Position numbers and translations under genes: made by a program
Notes under the pieces: generated by a model
Database searches by the model: none
The model's input: the letters and a program-made list of their open reading frames with translations, nothing else
Told to the model about the DNA's origin: nothing
Shown: one piece after another, positions 14,030 through 27,336 of the stretch
How positions within the stretch are numbered: the first letter of the stretch is position 1
How the letters are laid out: the number at the start of each line of letters is the position of its first letter
From: Vicugna vicugna
Taxonomy: Eukaryota
NCBI GenBank assembly: GCA_013265495.1
Contig: MU058687.1
Coordinates: forward strand, 3,660,001 to 3,724,000
Reading direction: 5' to 3'
Length of the DNA: 64,000 bases

Positions 14030-14360
14030 AGTTAAAAAAAATTTTTTTACAATAAACTGCACCCATAATAAGTGTCCAGTTCAGTGAGTATTGACAGATG
14101 GATACACCTGTGTAACCAATGTCACAGTCAAGGTATAGAACATTCCCATCACCCCAAGAAGTTTTCTTGCACCCCTTTGTGGTCCATCCCTGGCCCCAGA
14201 CAACCACTGATGTAGTTTCTGTCATTATTTATTGGCTTTACTTTTTCTAGAATTTCATATAAATGGACTCATATTCATGTCTTGTTTTGCTTAGCATAGT
14301 TTAAGGTTTATCTATACCACATGTAGCAGTGGCTCATTTGATTTTATGGCTGATTGGTAG
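14030..14360 (-). mobile_element. L1MB/MC-type 3' end
   Basis: cagtcaaggtatagaacattcccatcaccccaagaag...ctagaatttcatataaatgga. Confidence 0.8.
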
Positions 14361-14399
14361 AAAATCGTTTCTTATTTTGCTTTGTGGTTTTTGTGACTG

Positions 14400-14765
14400 T
14401 GAGTGAGCAGGGGCTCTGGATTCAGGCTGCCTGTTTGGAATTCTGGCTCCTCCATTTACCAGCTGTGTGGCTTTGGGCAAGTTGATCTTTCCTGTGCTTC
14501 AGGCTTCTCATCTGTTAAATGGGGTAGTAATCTCATAGGATTTTGGGGAGAAGAATTAAATGGGGTAAAGCAAACATATAAAGTAGTTAGAATGATGCCT
14601 GACACATAGTGAGTATTCAGTAATTGTTGGCTGTTATTACTTCTGTTTTGCAAATGAAGGAAAAAACCCTGAGGCACAGAAAACCAGTGTTATTTGGGTC
14701 GCAGGAAGGATTGGAACCCAAGTCTGTCTGATTTAACCTCTGTGTTCTACCACCTCCCAGACTCT
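14400..14765. mobile_element. MIR (+, ~14400-14640) abutting an oppositely oriented MIR fragment (~14640-14765)
   Basis: ccagctgtgtggctttgggcaagtt...ctcatctgttaaatgggg, then ttttgcaaatgaagg...ctgaggcacaga. Confidence 0.75.
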
Positions 14766-15659
14766 GGTTCTTCCTCTTTGAGCCAGAATCCTGTGTGTTG
14801 TGCACACACAAGAAGGAGAAGAGCTGGCTTCCCTACCTCAGTGTTCACTCAGGCTATCCCCATCTATTTTGCCGTCCCTGCCCCTGTGGGTGAGTTTCAC
14901 CTTCACCTTCTCCTTGTAGAGGGGGTGGGGTTGGGCCTTCTTGCCCTTTGCTCCTCTCCTGGGCTCTCTCAGGCAGTGGAGCTGTGCATCAGGAACACCT
15001 CTTGCAATCATACAGCATCAGCCCTGCAAGAAGCTAATTTGATAAACCCCACTCCAAAGCTCATTGAACCTGTCTATAACGATGCTTAATTAAAGTGCAG
15101 AAACTTTGAAGAGATAGCAAGTTACTGCTTAATGCAATACCAGAGTGCCACTATTCTACCATCTGCCTCCTTCTCTGCACTAATTGCTTCCTGACATTTG
15201 TTTATTTTAATTAGGAAAGCAGTCTTGATCAAGAGGGATGGCGGGCAGGGTCAGGATTATTGGAGAGGAGGAGGAAAGTGAAAAGAGGGGGAGCTGTGAT
15301 GTGATGGTCAGGGCTGAAGGGGAATCACTGTTGTCTTTATAGTGTAAATGGTTCTACCTTCCCACAGGGTGGACCTGTGAAACTTTTTCCCTGTGCTAAA
15401 AGCACAAGGCTGATTCTGGGATCATATGCTTAGATTTTGCATATGGGAGTATACTCCTTTAGGGAGTATGGGAGCTGGACTTCTTGGTTAGAGGATGGAA
15501 GCTCCCACATTGTTAGGAGGGAGATTATAGATTGGGCTGGTCAGATCCCAGGTGGTGGTTCTAGAAGAACTAACCTAGTTACTATGACCCAGTGGAGATA
15601 CTTCTAGTCCCTGCAGGGTCTCAGCGTTGAGGGAAAGAGAAGCTCACCCATATCTATTA

Positions 15660-16260
15660 GTGCTATGGGTTCATGATTTTATAATCTGCCTGGATATCTT
15701 TGATTGTGTATTGGTCATTGTACATGAAAATCATTTATAAGTATAAAGAGCTGAGATGAAAAAGATACCTTCCTCTAAAGAGGAATTTTATTTTTTTCTG
15801 GCAAGTATTTGAAGGTACTGCAAACCTAGAACCCCCTACCTCCCAAATCAAATTAAAAGCTTAAGGTGCCCTCAATAACAGGCAAATTCAAACCTAACCT
15901 ATAGATCCTTTTCAGGACTAGTCAGTTTCTGGTTCATTCTCACCCTGAGGGTCCAAGCTTATTGTGAGAAAGGTTAGTTTCTGATCTCCTTATCTTATGT
16001 AGGTTATGGACATTGATTTCTGTCTCCCTAACCCTGATGGGCTGTCAAAACAAAGCTCATATTTGCTAGACTCACAAAATGCCTTTAGAGCAAAAGCGAT
16101 GTCCTTCCTTTCTGGGTTCCTGATTCCCTTCAGTGTTGAACTAGTATTTCCTTACTAGCTAATCTGCATTTTGATGATTTAAAAAAGACGTATTGCATGT
16201 TTTACCCAGATTTTCAGTTGTTTTCAATGGTAATAGCCTGTGATTACCAGAAAGTCCCTA
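15660..16260 (-). mobile_element. Ancient L1M (5'-region-like) fragment
   Basis: caccctgagggtccaagc, gctgtcaaaacaaagctc, ttttacccagattttcagttgttttca resemble old L1M 5' ends. Confidence 0.5.
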
Positions 16261-16289
16261 ATAGTGGTTTTTAAATTACATGCAGTTTT

Positions 16290-16513
16290 ACTTAGGGCAG
16301 CAGAACTTTTTCATCTTTCCAAACGAATTCTTATATAGGATCTCAAAATCAAAAACAGGGCTAAACAAAACGAAAAAGATGAAAGTGGAGCAATTCTGGT
16401 TAAAATGGGGGTAGATTCCTCCAAGGCTGCCAATCAAGCCTCCCCTTTGTTGGATCCCCATAGGGTATCTGTAAGTACCTGAGTATCATAAGTGTGGTTT
16501 GGAAAGTTCTGCT
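16290..16513 (-). mobile_element. MER103C-like hAT MITE
   Basis: gcagcagaactttt...ccaaacgaattcttatatagga...gaaagtggagcaattctggttaaaatgggg. Confidence 0.6.
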
Positions 16514-16772
16514 GTAAGGAACCCCTTGGTTTGACTGACTTTGGGAAACCATAGCTTTGTCAAAGCTCATCTGGTGTTTCTCCTAGAAACAAATGGTTCT
16601 TGAAATTTTAGGATTTCTGGAAGCCTCAGTATTGGGCAAGATGTTCTAAGAAATGACAGGTCCCAGAGAGCCCCTGGGAAAGCAAGTCCAGGCAAGTGGG
16701 GATCTTCTCAGTTCTCTTAGGAGGAATCTTCTGAGTTGGGGAGAAGACAGAAGCAGGGTAAGGATAGTAGGT

Positions 16773-17240
16773 ATGTCACTTGGGGCCCTCCAAGAGGCAG
16801 ATGTCAAGACAGGATTAGATATGCAAGAATCTTGTTGGGGGAAATACTTGTGAAGGAAAAAGGGGGAGGGAGTAGGAGTCTGCAGGGAGAGTGTTCAGAC
16901 TTTGATGCAGATCTGACACTTGTGTAAGGAGTGAGGAAGGAAGAACTGGGGCGGAAGAACCTCATTGCAGCACACTTCTGAGAAAATCTCAGCCAGGCTG
17001 ATGGGAAGCTTCCAAGCCAAAGTTGCTTATTAGAGGACTTCTGCATTGCACAGGAATAGCCGGCACCAGTGCTCCTATGAGCTTGGTCGTTGATTGGGAG
17101 AAGCTCTGGGGAAGTGTGGCCTCAGTGTAAGGGCAGCGATGGATCCAAAGGGGTGGCAGCTGGGGCTGTCAGTCAGCCCTGCTCCCTGCAGCAAGACTTC
17201 TTATAGGAGATCTGAGCGGTGCCCGTCCACGGTCACCATG
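16773..17240 (-). mobile_element. ERVL LTR16-family solo LTR
   Basis: gcagatgtcaagacaggattagatatgcaaga...gcagctggggctgtcagtcagc...ggagatctgagcggtgc. Confidence 0.8.
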
Positions 17241-17449
17241 TAAGGGAGGCCACCCAGAGAGCAATGAGGCATTTGCTAAAGCAAGGCGGGGAGGGATAGT
17301 AGGGTGTATTTTTCAGACCGGGGGGAAGCCGTAGTGAACTGTTGCCTGTTTATTCCCCGTGTGTGGGATTCTGCTCAGCTTATTTAAGGGTGTTATTTGA
17401 GCTTGCTGGGAACAGGTCTATAGTAACAGATCCCTCTTCCTTACCTGAA

Positions 17450-17990
17450 GATACTCTGATGTGACTGGTCACATCATCCTGACACTCTAGCTTCCTAAAC
17501 CCTTCCAGTGGTTTTCAGCTGCACTTAGGATAAAGACCACTGCCTTGATTCTGGTCTTGCTGGCCTGGACATGGCCCTGCCTACCCCTCCATCTTTATCG
17601 CACACCATGCTCCCCTCCTTGTTCCAGCCCCACTGGTCTTTCAGTCCCTTGTCCTTGCCTTGCTCATCTCCATCACAGAGCATTTGTCCCTGGTTTTCCT
17701 CTGCCCAGGATGCTCTTTCCTGCCTCTTTTCTCTCCTTCCTACCTTGACTAACAGCTCAGTTCCTCAGGGAGGGCTCGTCCCCTCATAGTGGCTCTCACA
17801 GTACCACGTTTCTTCTCTTGGTGGCATTTGTTCCAGGCACAGTTTTACATTTTTTCTGGCTGATTGTTTATTCAACCCCTGGCTCTCCCACTAGAGTAGA
17901 AGCTCCACAAAGGGAGGGCTGCCTCTGTCTTTGCTGATCATTGTACTTCTGTGCCTGGCACACTGGCGACTCTCAATCAAATGTTTTGTT
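17450..17990 (+). mobile_element. L2 3' region
   Basis: ctccccactagagtagaagctccacaaggg...gtgcctggcacac. Confidence 0.75.
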
Positions 17991-18279
17991 CTAGGGAATA
18001 ACTCACAAAGGAGGAAAAAATACTTGGATGTCCAATAAGTAAAAATAAAATATGCACAGAAACAGAATAGAAGGCAGGTGAGGCAAACTCCTCCAGAGCT
18101 GGGAGTGACTTTCGTTTGCTCCACCTCTGTGTCTGTGTCAGGGCTAGTGGGCGCAAGGACAGGCACTCACACCTTCGTCCCTCCGCTCGAGTCCTGTGCT
18201 CCCTTTGCTAAGGGAGCCCATGTGTGGTCACATAGCATACGACTTGAAGGCGATGCCTGGCTTCCATGTAGGCTGTGTC

Positions 18280-18435
18280 TATCCTCACTGTTGTTCTGAC
18301 CTTGAGTCTGTCAACCTGTTTGGCTCTATTTCCTTATCTGCAAACTGGGAATGATCATGTGTATTTTAAGAGGAAACTTTGAAGATTAAATGAGATAACA
18401 TGTATAAATTCTGAAGTGTTTTACAAGTGCTATTT
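18280..18435 (+). mobile_element. MIR fragment
   Basis: tgaccttgag...tttccttatctgcaaactggga...gattaaatgagataacatgt. Confidence 0.65.
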
Positions 18436-20012
18436 CTGTGTCATGTTTTACTCCTGTTCAGTAAAAGAGGCCTTAAGTCACTGGTGATGGGGGTGAGTGA
18501 GGAGACCTTCCAGGCCTTGTCACCTGAGTGTACTCAGCCCCCTCTTCTACAGAGAAGGTAATTTTATGTATTTCTTCAAGGCAGCTGAAAAAGCTAATTT
18601 AAAAAAAATCATCTTTATAAAGGAAAGGGAAAGTAAGGGATGGTTTGGGTCAGTTGCTAAGCCTACCTGGGCTGGGGTCCCTTCATCGGTGACCGGAGGG
18701 GCTGTGTTAACTGATATCTAAAGGCTCCTTTCAATAGGAAGCCCCATAAACCCTCTTGGATGGGAAGGACTCAAAGGGAAAGAGGAGGCTATTGCTGGAC
18801 AGACTCCCAAATGCCAGGCACAAAGCAAGAGTGGACTGGCATGGCCTCTAGCTTGAGAGATTCAGTAGGTCCCAGAAAGAACTTTCTTCCATTGAGTGTA
18901 CTTAAACGCTGGAAATGGAGAAAGCAACAAAAGTTAACAGGAATTTCTTTCTGGAGGCCTTTGCAAAGAAAAGAAAAACCCAATTGTAGTCCTGTTGGAA
19001 CTGGGAAAATAGACTGGGAGGCGGTTCAAGTTTATCTGCAGATAAACTGACGCTGCATAAGATGCTGCGAGTTGCAGGATCGAGATGCCCTTTCCACTCA
19101 TTCTTCCCTGTCGTGCACCTCTGTCCTGCTGCTGCCATGTTTCTGCTCTGGGGCTTAGGTACCTGGGTGAAAGCTCTCTGGGGCCTCCCACCATCGCCCT
19201 GTGTTCTGAACTTCTGGCCAGTCCTCTCTGTTTACCGCTTCCTTCTCTTCGGGTACAGTCTTCCTGGAAATGGTGCTGATGTCAGCAGACACTCCAGGTC
19301 ATAAAAGCTCAGCACAGTGATGGGTGACCACTCTGGGTTTAAGGATAATGTGAGGACTTTTCTGCCAAGATGGCCAACTAAAGAGAATACAGAGGAGCAA
19401 GTTTGATTAAAAATTTTTAGGGAGCATGAAGTAAAAACTTTAATGGGTTTTATTTCTGATACCGTTTTTGGCATATATCTGTCTCCCTTCCTCATTTTTA
19501 GCCCTCCTGAGACTGGATAGAGATTTCCCAAGCAAGTATAAAAGTAATTATAGTCAAAGAGAGATTTTTTTTTCCTACAGGTATGAAGTTAATTGTCTTT
19601 TCTGGGGATAATTGTATTTTTTTTTCAGTCCAGGTGTGAAATGGAGGCTTGGGCTAATAACAGTTTGAATTTGTAACTAGTTTTCTTACACATGATCTTC
19701 TTGTGTCCTCCTGGCACCTCCGTACCTGGTAGTTGTCTTTGTTGCTGTTTCCCGGCTTGGCAAAGTTCCCGGAGCCAGCAGCAGCTCTGGTGTCAGCCTG
19801 GCTGCATTCCCACCTTGTCCCACCACCTCCCAAAGCCCTGACTAGAGGTGGCAGAGCCAGAGGGCCCTTGAACTCTAGCTGACCAGACCCTGTGATCTTC
19901 TCGGTGGGTGATGAAGGTGAACTCGCTGGAGACAGAGTTTCCTCTGGTTGATTGGAGAATGAAGACCTTCCTGGAATGTAGGGAGTTTGAAAAGGTGACC
20001 AGCCTTCCTTAA

Positions 20013-20465
20013 TGGGTCAGTTTCCTAGGGCTGCTCTAACTCACTGGGTGGGGTAAGACAAGAGAAATTTATTCTCTCATAGTTCTTGAGGCTAGAAGTC
20101 CAACATCAAGGCGTTGGTGGCACCATGCTCCCTCTGCAGCATCTAGGGAAGAATCCTTCCTTGCCTCTTCTTAGCTACTAGTGGCTGCTGGCGGTTCTTG
20201 GTGTTCCCTGGCTTGGCGCTGCCTCACTCCAGCCTCTGCCTCCATCATCCCATGGCAGTCTTCCCTGTATATCTCAGTGTCCAAATCTCTCCCTCCCTCT
20301 CAGGACAACAGTCATTGGATTCAGGGCCCATTCAACCCCAGTATGACCTCATTTTGCCTTGATGACATCAGCAAACCCCATTTCCAAACAAGATCACACA
20401 TTCAGATGTACCAGGGGTTAGGACTTCAGCCTCTCTTTTTGAGGGACATGATTTAACCCACAACC
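20013..20465 (-). mobile_element. MaLR MLT1 (MLT1B/C-like) solo LTR
   Basis: cagtttcctagggctgct...aaatttattctctcatagttct...ggttaggacttca...atttaacccacaac. Confidence 0.85.
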
Positions 20466-20739
20466 CCATATTTTAGTGTACCCTTCCTGCTTGTTTAATT
20501 TTTAAAATGTCATTCTTTTTATGAAATTATGGTTTTATCATAGATGGTAGCTTTTTATTTTGTAAAATTTAAAAGATTTAGAAAAGTCAGCCCCTCATAT
20601 TCTTATCACTTAAATGAACAAGTGACATGTATTTGATTCAAATACTTTTTTAAGAATGAAAATATTACAAATATAGATTTAAAAATTATTGTTAACCATC
20701 TTCACCTTAGTTACATTTTCCTCCCTTTTCTCTTAGAGA

Positions 20740-20915
20740 AGTGGTTCTCAACCAGGACAATTCTGGAGGTGCTGTAACCTAGTCAGTAGTGGCCAGGGAT
20801 ATTACTAAACATCTCACAGTGTATAGGACAGTTCCCCACCTACCCCTCAACCTCAACACGTAACAAAGGATTATCAGGTCTCAGATGTTAATAGTCATGG
20901 AATTGAGAAGCTCTG
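20740..20915. mobile_element. MER20-like hAT-Charlie MITE
   Basis: agtggttctcaacc...ggccagggatattactaaacatctcacagtgtataggacag...ttgagaagctctg. Confidence 0.75.
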
Positions 20916-20919
20916 TTTT

Positions 20920-21170
20920 AGAGAGAAGTACTAACTACCATGATATTGATGTATACCTTCTAGAAATGTTTTTCATACTTTTACATACATTTACAAGCCT
21001 GAATAAACAATATATGTTGTTCTGCATTACGTATTCTTCTAATATAAATAGTATCATAACATATTCTGCATCTTGCTTTGTTTTTCCCTTCAACATTTTT
21101 AGATCTAGCCACATTATTATAAATACATATATAATATGCATATATATGTATATATATGTATAATTTTTAA
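20920..21170 (-). mobile_element. Old L1ME fragment
   Basis: AT-rich; tataaatagtatcataacatattctgcatcttgcttt. Confidence 0.5.
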
Positions 21171-21699
21171 ACTGATTTATAATTTGCTGTTTTAAAAAAG
21201 TGTCTTGATGAAAAAAAGTATTCATAACCCTATATCCCATGTTAGGCTTACTCTTTTTTGGGGGGTGGGAGGAGTCAGGTTTTATTCCTCTATGACATCT
21301 GTAAGTCTGGAAACCCAAGACTAGATGCCCCAGTCCTGGTTGGAAAGCAGGTGTATTATCTGGGATGTTAATTCTCTCCAAGATGAATCTTCCTAGACTA
21401 TAACAATAACAGAGGCCTCAGGAGTCCTTGACCAGCTGATGGAAAGAATGGAATTGTGTCACAGCTCCAATTTAAAGTTGGTAGAACCAGAAAACTCAGA
21501 ATTAAAGTCAGGTCCACTCAGATTTTGATTTCCAGAAGAAATTGAACAGGGTGACAAATTTGGAAGCAGGAAGCCACTTTTGAGGCACTGCCATATAGCC
21601 AGAGTCCAAGTTTTTAATCTCAAAGGCTAACCAACACGCTTGCAAGTATCCAGGAAGAAAATCACTAAAGGACTCAGTGGGAAGTCCCACATCAGAGAT

Positions 21700-21880
21700 A
21701 GAAGGCTTGTGTTTGTCTTTAGCTACTTCTTAGTTGTGTAACCTTGAACAAGTTACTTAGCCTTGAAATCTCAGTTTTTCCTCTCCCTAAAATGGAGGCA
21801 ATAATACATCAGTGGATTTCTACAGGAATAAAATGAGAACAGTGCTTGGTATCTGTTAAGTTTTCAAAAATGTTAGTTGA
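21700..21880 (+). mobile_element. MIR
   Basis: tagttgtgtaaccttgaacaagttacttagcc...tctcagttttt...aaaatgg. Confidence 0.7.
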
Positions 21881-21884
21881 TCCT

Positions 21885-23750
21885 GGAGTCTGAATCTAAG
21901 GAGATTGGACTCTTTCCTTTTGGCAACAAGAGAGCCTTTGGAATTTCTTTAGAAGCATGGGAGTGTTATGTTTAAATGTGAGTTTCAGAAAGTTAATTAT
22001 GGCTTGGAAGCAATGTATAAGGAGAGCTGGGAGTAGGAAGAAGCTGGCAATACAACCATCAGTTATTAGGCTTTTGAAATAATCTAAATGAGAGAGACGT
22101 GCCTGAACTGAGTGAGCAGGGTGGGTGGGTGGAAGGGAAGGAGGGGAGAGGGATATAGAAAGAGGAGGAAGTGAGGGGTATCTGAGGGATGGCGTCAGGA
22201 CATATGAAGATTGATGGGATGTGGAGTTGTAAGAGGGAGACGAGGCCAATGGGATGGTGCCCAGGTTGCTAGCTGGGTCTAGTGAATGGATGAGGATATT
22301 AAGAAAGTTAACAAATCAGGAGGAACTGTCAAGGGAGGGTGTGAAGGAGAGAAGTAATGAATTTGGCTTTAGTCAATGCATGTCTCAGTTGTCTGGGGAA
22401 CATCCAGGACCAAAAGGGGGTAGTTTGTGAAGAGACCGGGGACGGAGCTCCAGGGGGCACTGACATCCAAAGGATGAGGGGGTGGGGAGGAAAGGAGCAG
22501 CAACTGTACTGAGAATGACTTTCAAAGGCAGAGCAACTGTGAAGGAGTGATTTTCAAAGAAAGAGGCAGAGGAAAGAGGCAGGAGATTCATAAAAGGGGG
22601 TTCAATGGGGCCAAAAGCAGCAGGAACTTCTTGGAAGGTGGGAGCCGAGAAGAGGCTCTGGTTTGGGTATTTTCAAGGCCACTGGTAAACTTGGGGAGAG
22701 CTTTGTGAGTTGGGGACATGTTGGGGACAGGAGCCACAATGCAGAGGATGAGGATAGAAAGGGAGGAATGGAGAGTATGAGTTTTGATGGAGAAAAGAAA
22801 GACAGAGCCGATCTCAAAGGTGGGGGAAGAGGGAAGATTTCTGTTTCATTTTAAGGTTACTAGCATGCTGTTGAGCAGTGGGTGGGTGGGAAAGAAGTTG
22901 GGGAGGATATGGAAGAGAGGGAAGTATTGATAGAACAGGGTCCTGGGAGGTGGGATGGCTTGGAGGGAGCACTGGGAAAGAGTCGGTCTTGACAGGACTA
23001 GTTTTAATCAAGAAGGGAAGGAGGAAAGTGGGTAGAAAGAGAGTGAGTAGCTGAAGATGAGGAAAGTACAGGCCTTCATGACTAAAGACCTCAATTTTCT
23101 CAGTAACATAGAGGCCCCTGTAGCATCTGCTGTGTCAAGAATGTGAAGAGAGTTCGGAAGAGCTGAAGAAGAGAGCAGACTGGGGAAAAGTTTAAGGCTT
23201 GCTGAGTCACGGAGGCTGAGGGGGACAGAGTTATGATTGTGCTCAGTGGCACAGACGGGCTGTTGGTTTCTGGTCTGGATCAGTTGCTCAGGGGCAAGGG
23301 AAGTGTGAGCTTAGATTTCCTCCAAGGTGGAGGACTGTCAGGGTGGTTGTGTTGGGAGTCCAGGGGCTAAGGGAATGATTGGCCAGGAAGCTCTGTCTAG
23401 GTAAGAAGTTAAGAGAAGGCCATGGAAGAAGGGGTGATACACTGCATGAGTGAAGAGATTGGGGTGCTATGGCTCTATAAATTTAAAGAAAAGAATTAAG
23501 AAGAGGTGAGAGATAGAAATAAGATTTTTCAGAGATGTTTCATGGAGAAGTAGTGCTGGGTGAAGTCAAAGTCCAGGTGGGTATGAAGGGAGTGAGGATG
23601 CATGCGGAGGTTATGGAGCAAAAGAGAACAAGGGCTGTGAAACTAGGGCACGGTGCACATGGGCATTGCACACAGTGGTAGAAGTCAAGGTGAAGGGGGG
23701 AGCTGTTGTCCAGTTAGATGTCTCAGTGAATGTGGCAGAGGAATCTTGGG
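21885..23750 (-). mobile_element. Long degraded L2 (purine-rich strand)
   Basis: GA-rich tract with L2 motifs (gagagcctttggaatttcttt, caggtgggagcc, ggcctcaattttctcag-like). Confidence 0.6.
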
Positions 23751-23755
23751 ATGAT

Positions 23756-24178
23756 GTATCAGTCAGTTTCTACTGCATAACAAATAACCACAAAAATCAT
23801 GGTGGCATATAACAGTAAGCATTAATTTAGTTTCCACATCTGTCTGTAGTTGATTTGGGCCAGACTTATCTGGGTAATTCTGCGGATCTTGCATGTGCAG
23901 GTTAGGTGGGATCTGATTGATCTGGGTTGGTTGTGGTTGTGGGGCTGGCTGGAATGGCTCTGGTCATTTACCTCTTGGGACTGGCAGGCTAGCCCAGGCT
24001 GATTTTCTCATCATCATGTCATAAGTGCAAAAGAGCAAGCAATTTTCAAATCTATCTTCATGTCTTGCCTGCTAGCATTTCTTTGGCCAAAGTCAAGGCA
24101 TGGGGAAGTACACTCTACCCATGGAGGTGGTTGGGGGTGGTAAGCAAATATTTTTGAGCAATAACTTAGTTGACCACA
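23756..24178 (-). mobile_element. MaLR MLT1J/K-like LTR
   Basis: tgtatcagtcagtttctactgcataacaaataaccac...ttggccaaagtcaaggcatggggaagtacactct. Confidence 0.75.
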
Positions 24179-24979
24179 GGTGGTAGATAAGTGCTACGAG
24201 GGTGAAGAGAGGATGGGGTTGCAGATAACACAGGACCCTTGAATGACAACAGAAGAACAAAGGTGGGAAGAGAGGATGCTATCTACTCAGTTCCTATCCT
24301 GAGACACAAGTGGCCCCAACGAAATGTTTGGCAAAGAAATCATCTGATTAGAGAATGTACAGGGTTTTTGTATTGTGAGAAGTCAAATATGAACAGCGGG
24401 AATTCCAGAGGCCACAAAGGGATGAGTTCAAAAGAGGAATTGAGAGGCAGCTGGCTACACAAGTCAGAGAGCAACTTCCCGAGTGCAGAAGTTCTGGCCT
24501 CAGGAATAAAATTGGCAGAACACACACACACACAAGGCTGCTAGAATAGCCTGGGCCGACCCACGGTAAACTCTCTGGGAGCCTTATTATTTTGGGAAGG
24601 TGTTGTAAAGACCAGCCCCCACGTTGCCTTGAATGGGGCTCTGTGTGCTGGCTCTTTCTGACTAACTGAGAAGGGCAGATGCTTCCTGGGGAGATGTTTC
24701 CATGGAGAGGCAGTCACAGCTCCATACTATACTTGGGATTTCACAATTGCTTTTACTCTGACAGGGTGTTGGGAAATTTTCTTTTTTTTTTTCTTTTTCT
24801 TCTTCTCTACAAATAAGGAAGTAAGAGGGTGAGTGTGGGAAGGAAACTATTTTAATGGAGACACAGTAATAGAAATAACATCTATCCTTGGAAAGAGAGA
24901 CTCTAGGAGAAAGATGGAGAGGGGAGGAGCACCTCAACCCTGTACTTTATCTTTTTGCGGAGCCTCTCACTACCTTTCA

Positions 24980-25138
24980 CGTGTTCTTGATGTTCTCTCC
25001 CTGACGAGGCTGTAAGCTCATTGAGGGTGAAGGCTGGGCCTGTATTATTCATAGCTCTTTCCCTAGTGCTAGCAGCACACACAGAACATAATAGGTGCTC
25101 AACAAATATTTTTGAGTGGATGAAGAAATGAATGCATG
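24980..25138 (+). mobile_element. L2 3' end
   Basis: ctgtaagctcattgaggg...taggtgctcaacaaatatttttgagtggatgaa. Confidence 0.75.
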
Positions 25139-25500
25139 TTAAAATATTTAAAGCTTGCATATCCATCTCCACTTAAAAGAACTCCAAACTTTCTTTTGCC
25201 CACATCAGTTAACACATATTTAGAGACCTCTTGACTATCGAGCAGGAGGCCAAGCTCTGAGCATTCATAGAGTAAGACATAGTCCTTGCTAGATGGTCGC
25301 TTATCTTCACTTGCAGCTTAGGGAGCAGTAACTAACAGTGCAGAGCTACACAGTAATGTTTCAAGCCTCAGTTTGCCCATCTTCGAAAGGAGGAGGCTCA
25401 ACCAGACTCATTCACATTTCTTTCCTACGAAGCTCCTCAGAGCATTTGATATTCTCTTGTTCATTGCAAATCTCTACAACAGGAAAAACAATTTGACATC

Positions 25501-25880
25501 TGTCTAAGTCAGCTCAGGCTGCTATAACAAATATACCATGGAGTGGGTGGCTTAAACAGCAAACATTTATTTCTCACAGTTCTGAAGACTGGGAAGTCTC
25601 TGATCAAGGTACAGGCAGATCTGGCGTCTGGGGAAGAACCATTTCCTGGTTTGCAGATGGCTGTCTTCTTGTGTCCTCACATGACAGAGAGCAGAGAGAG
25701 GGGGAAGCAAGCTCTCTCGTGTCTTGCCTTATAAGGGCCCTAATTCCATCCATGAGGGGCTCCACCTTCGTGTCTAGTCACCTCCCAAAACTCCCATCTC
25801 CAAATACCATCACAGTGGGGATCAGGGTTCAACATACGAACACTTGTCAATGAAAACTGACGCACATTCTGTCAATAGCA
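25501..25880 (-). mobile_element. MaLR MLT1A-like solo LTR
   Basis: tgtctaagtcagctcaggctgctataacaaa...tccaaataccatcacagtgggg...cacattctgtcaatagca (TG...CA ends). Confidence 0.88.
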
Positions 25881-26619
25881 ATATTTCTGTAATGTATTTG
25901 GCCATGAAGACTTTTCTTTCTTTTTCTTTTTAGAGCATCTCATGGGACTGGTTTTCTAAGGAGCACACTTTAGGAAATGTGGGTTTAGGCTAATTCTGGT
26001 AGACTAATCCTTGTAGAATTTCTTCTGAAGGTCATCCCATCCCACATTTATAGGCATACTTGCACCAAACTTAATGGTGTTTTTTTTTTTTTTCTGAGCT
26101 CAGGATGAGGTTGGCTGCCTTTTAAAGCACCCAGTGGTTCCGACATGTGGTTATCCTGGTTATCCTTTGTCCTGATGATGTTGGGGATGGATATTCAGGT
26201 TTCAGAATTGGGTCGTACCTGCTAAGTTTCTATTTTGGTCCACTGTTCCTAGAGCAGCCACTATTCACCCCTGAGCACTCTGCACCCCAGGGAGGATTGG
26301 AGGCATCCAGGATAACTGTCTCTGGAGGTTTGGGGATAAAGAGACTAGATAGGGTTGTGCAGGGATGTGGCCAGAGGCTGAGAGATCCGGACATGTCAAC
26401 CTAGGACAGAATCAGGAATTCTGAAAATCAGGTAGTTCCAAGGTAAAGCATGGAATCTAGGACAGGGGCTATTAGCTGCTTTCTCCCTCTTTTGGATTAT
26501 CTTCATGGATAGGATGTGGTCTCAAGTATTGGATCAACCTGGCTATTAGGTATATGGGGAATGGCCATGGACGGTTAAGAATTAGGTATAGGGATAAAGT
26601 TCAGGCTCCTCCCATATCT

Positions 26620-27235
26620 CCTTTGGATAAGAGCAATGACTTCTTAATTGGTCTTTCTGTGTCCTAATGTTTTCCTTTTAAAACCAGTTCCTGCACCATC
26701 TAAAATGCAGACTTCACTTAATCACTCCCTCTGTTTAAAATCTTTCGGTGTCTCCCTGTGACCTCTTTAGCTTGGCACCCAAGACCTTTGAAGCTCTGCC
26801 CTCAACATGACTTTTGTGCTTTATATTTTTCCCTTCTCTTCCTCCCACCCACCCTGCATTCCAGTCATATAGAACTTCTCATTGCTTCCTGAATATCCCA
26901 TGATCTTTCACCTCTCCCTGCCTCATTCATGCCTTTTCCTCTGCTGGCATACCTCCCCTGTGTCTTGGTCTAGCAAAACCCTTCATTCTTATGAAGTGCA
27001 GCTCAAAAGCCTTCTCCAGCCTCTTGGCCAGTCATTTGCTCCACCTTTTGTGCTCACATAACAGTTGTACGTTTTTATAAAAGTACCATCACCTCCCATT
27101 ATGATTGTTGCTCACATGTCTGTCTCCCCTCACTCCCTAAGCTCTGGCTGGGATCTTTGGACTTCAGGGACTTACATGGTGCCAGTAAGTGGCAGTTATT
27201 TACTGGAGGTATGTTGAACGAATGAGTAAGTGTGA
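26620..27235 (+). mobile_element. L2 3' region
   Basis: tttaaaatctttcggtgtctccc...tgtctgtctcccctcac...tgttgaacgaatgagt. Confidence 0.7.
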
Positions 27236-27336
27236 GTTGTGTTGAACAAAATGGAGATTATGGCCCCTTAGCTCCCTCTGGTCACTCTCTCTTAGGTATT
27301 CATCTTTCTGTATTTAAAAAGGCTTCCTTAGTTTAG

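Noticed and set aside
21290..21690. Possible retroelement or processed-pseudogene coding remnant
   Set aside because: Translations are too broken to assign a family.
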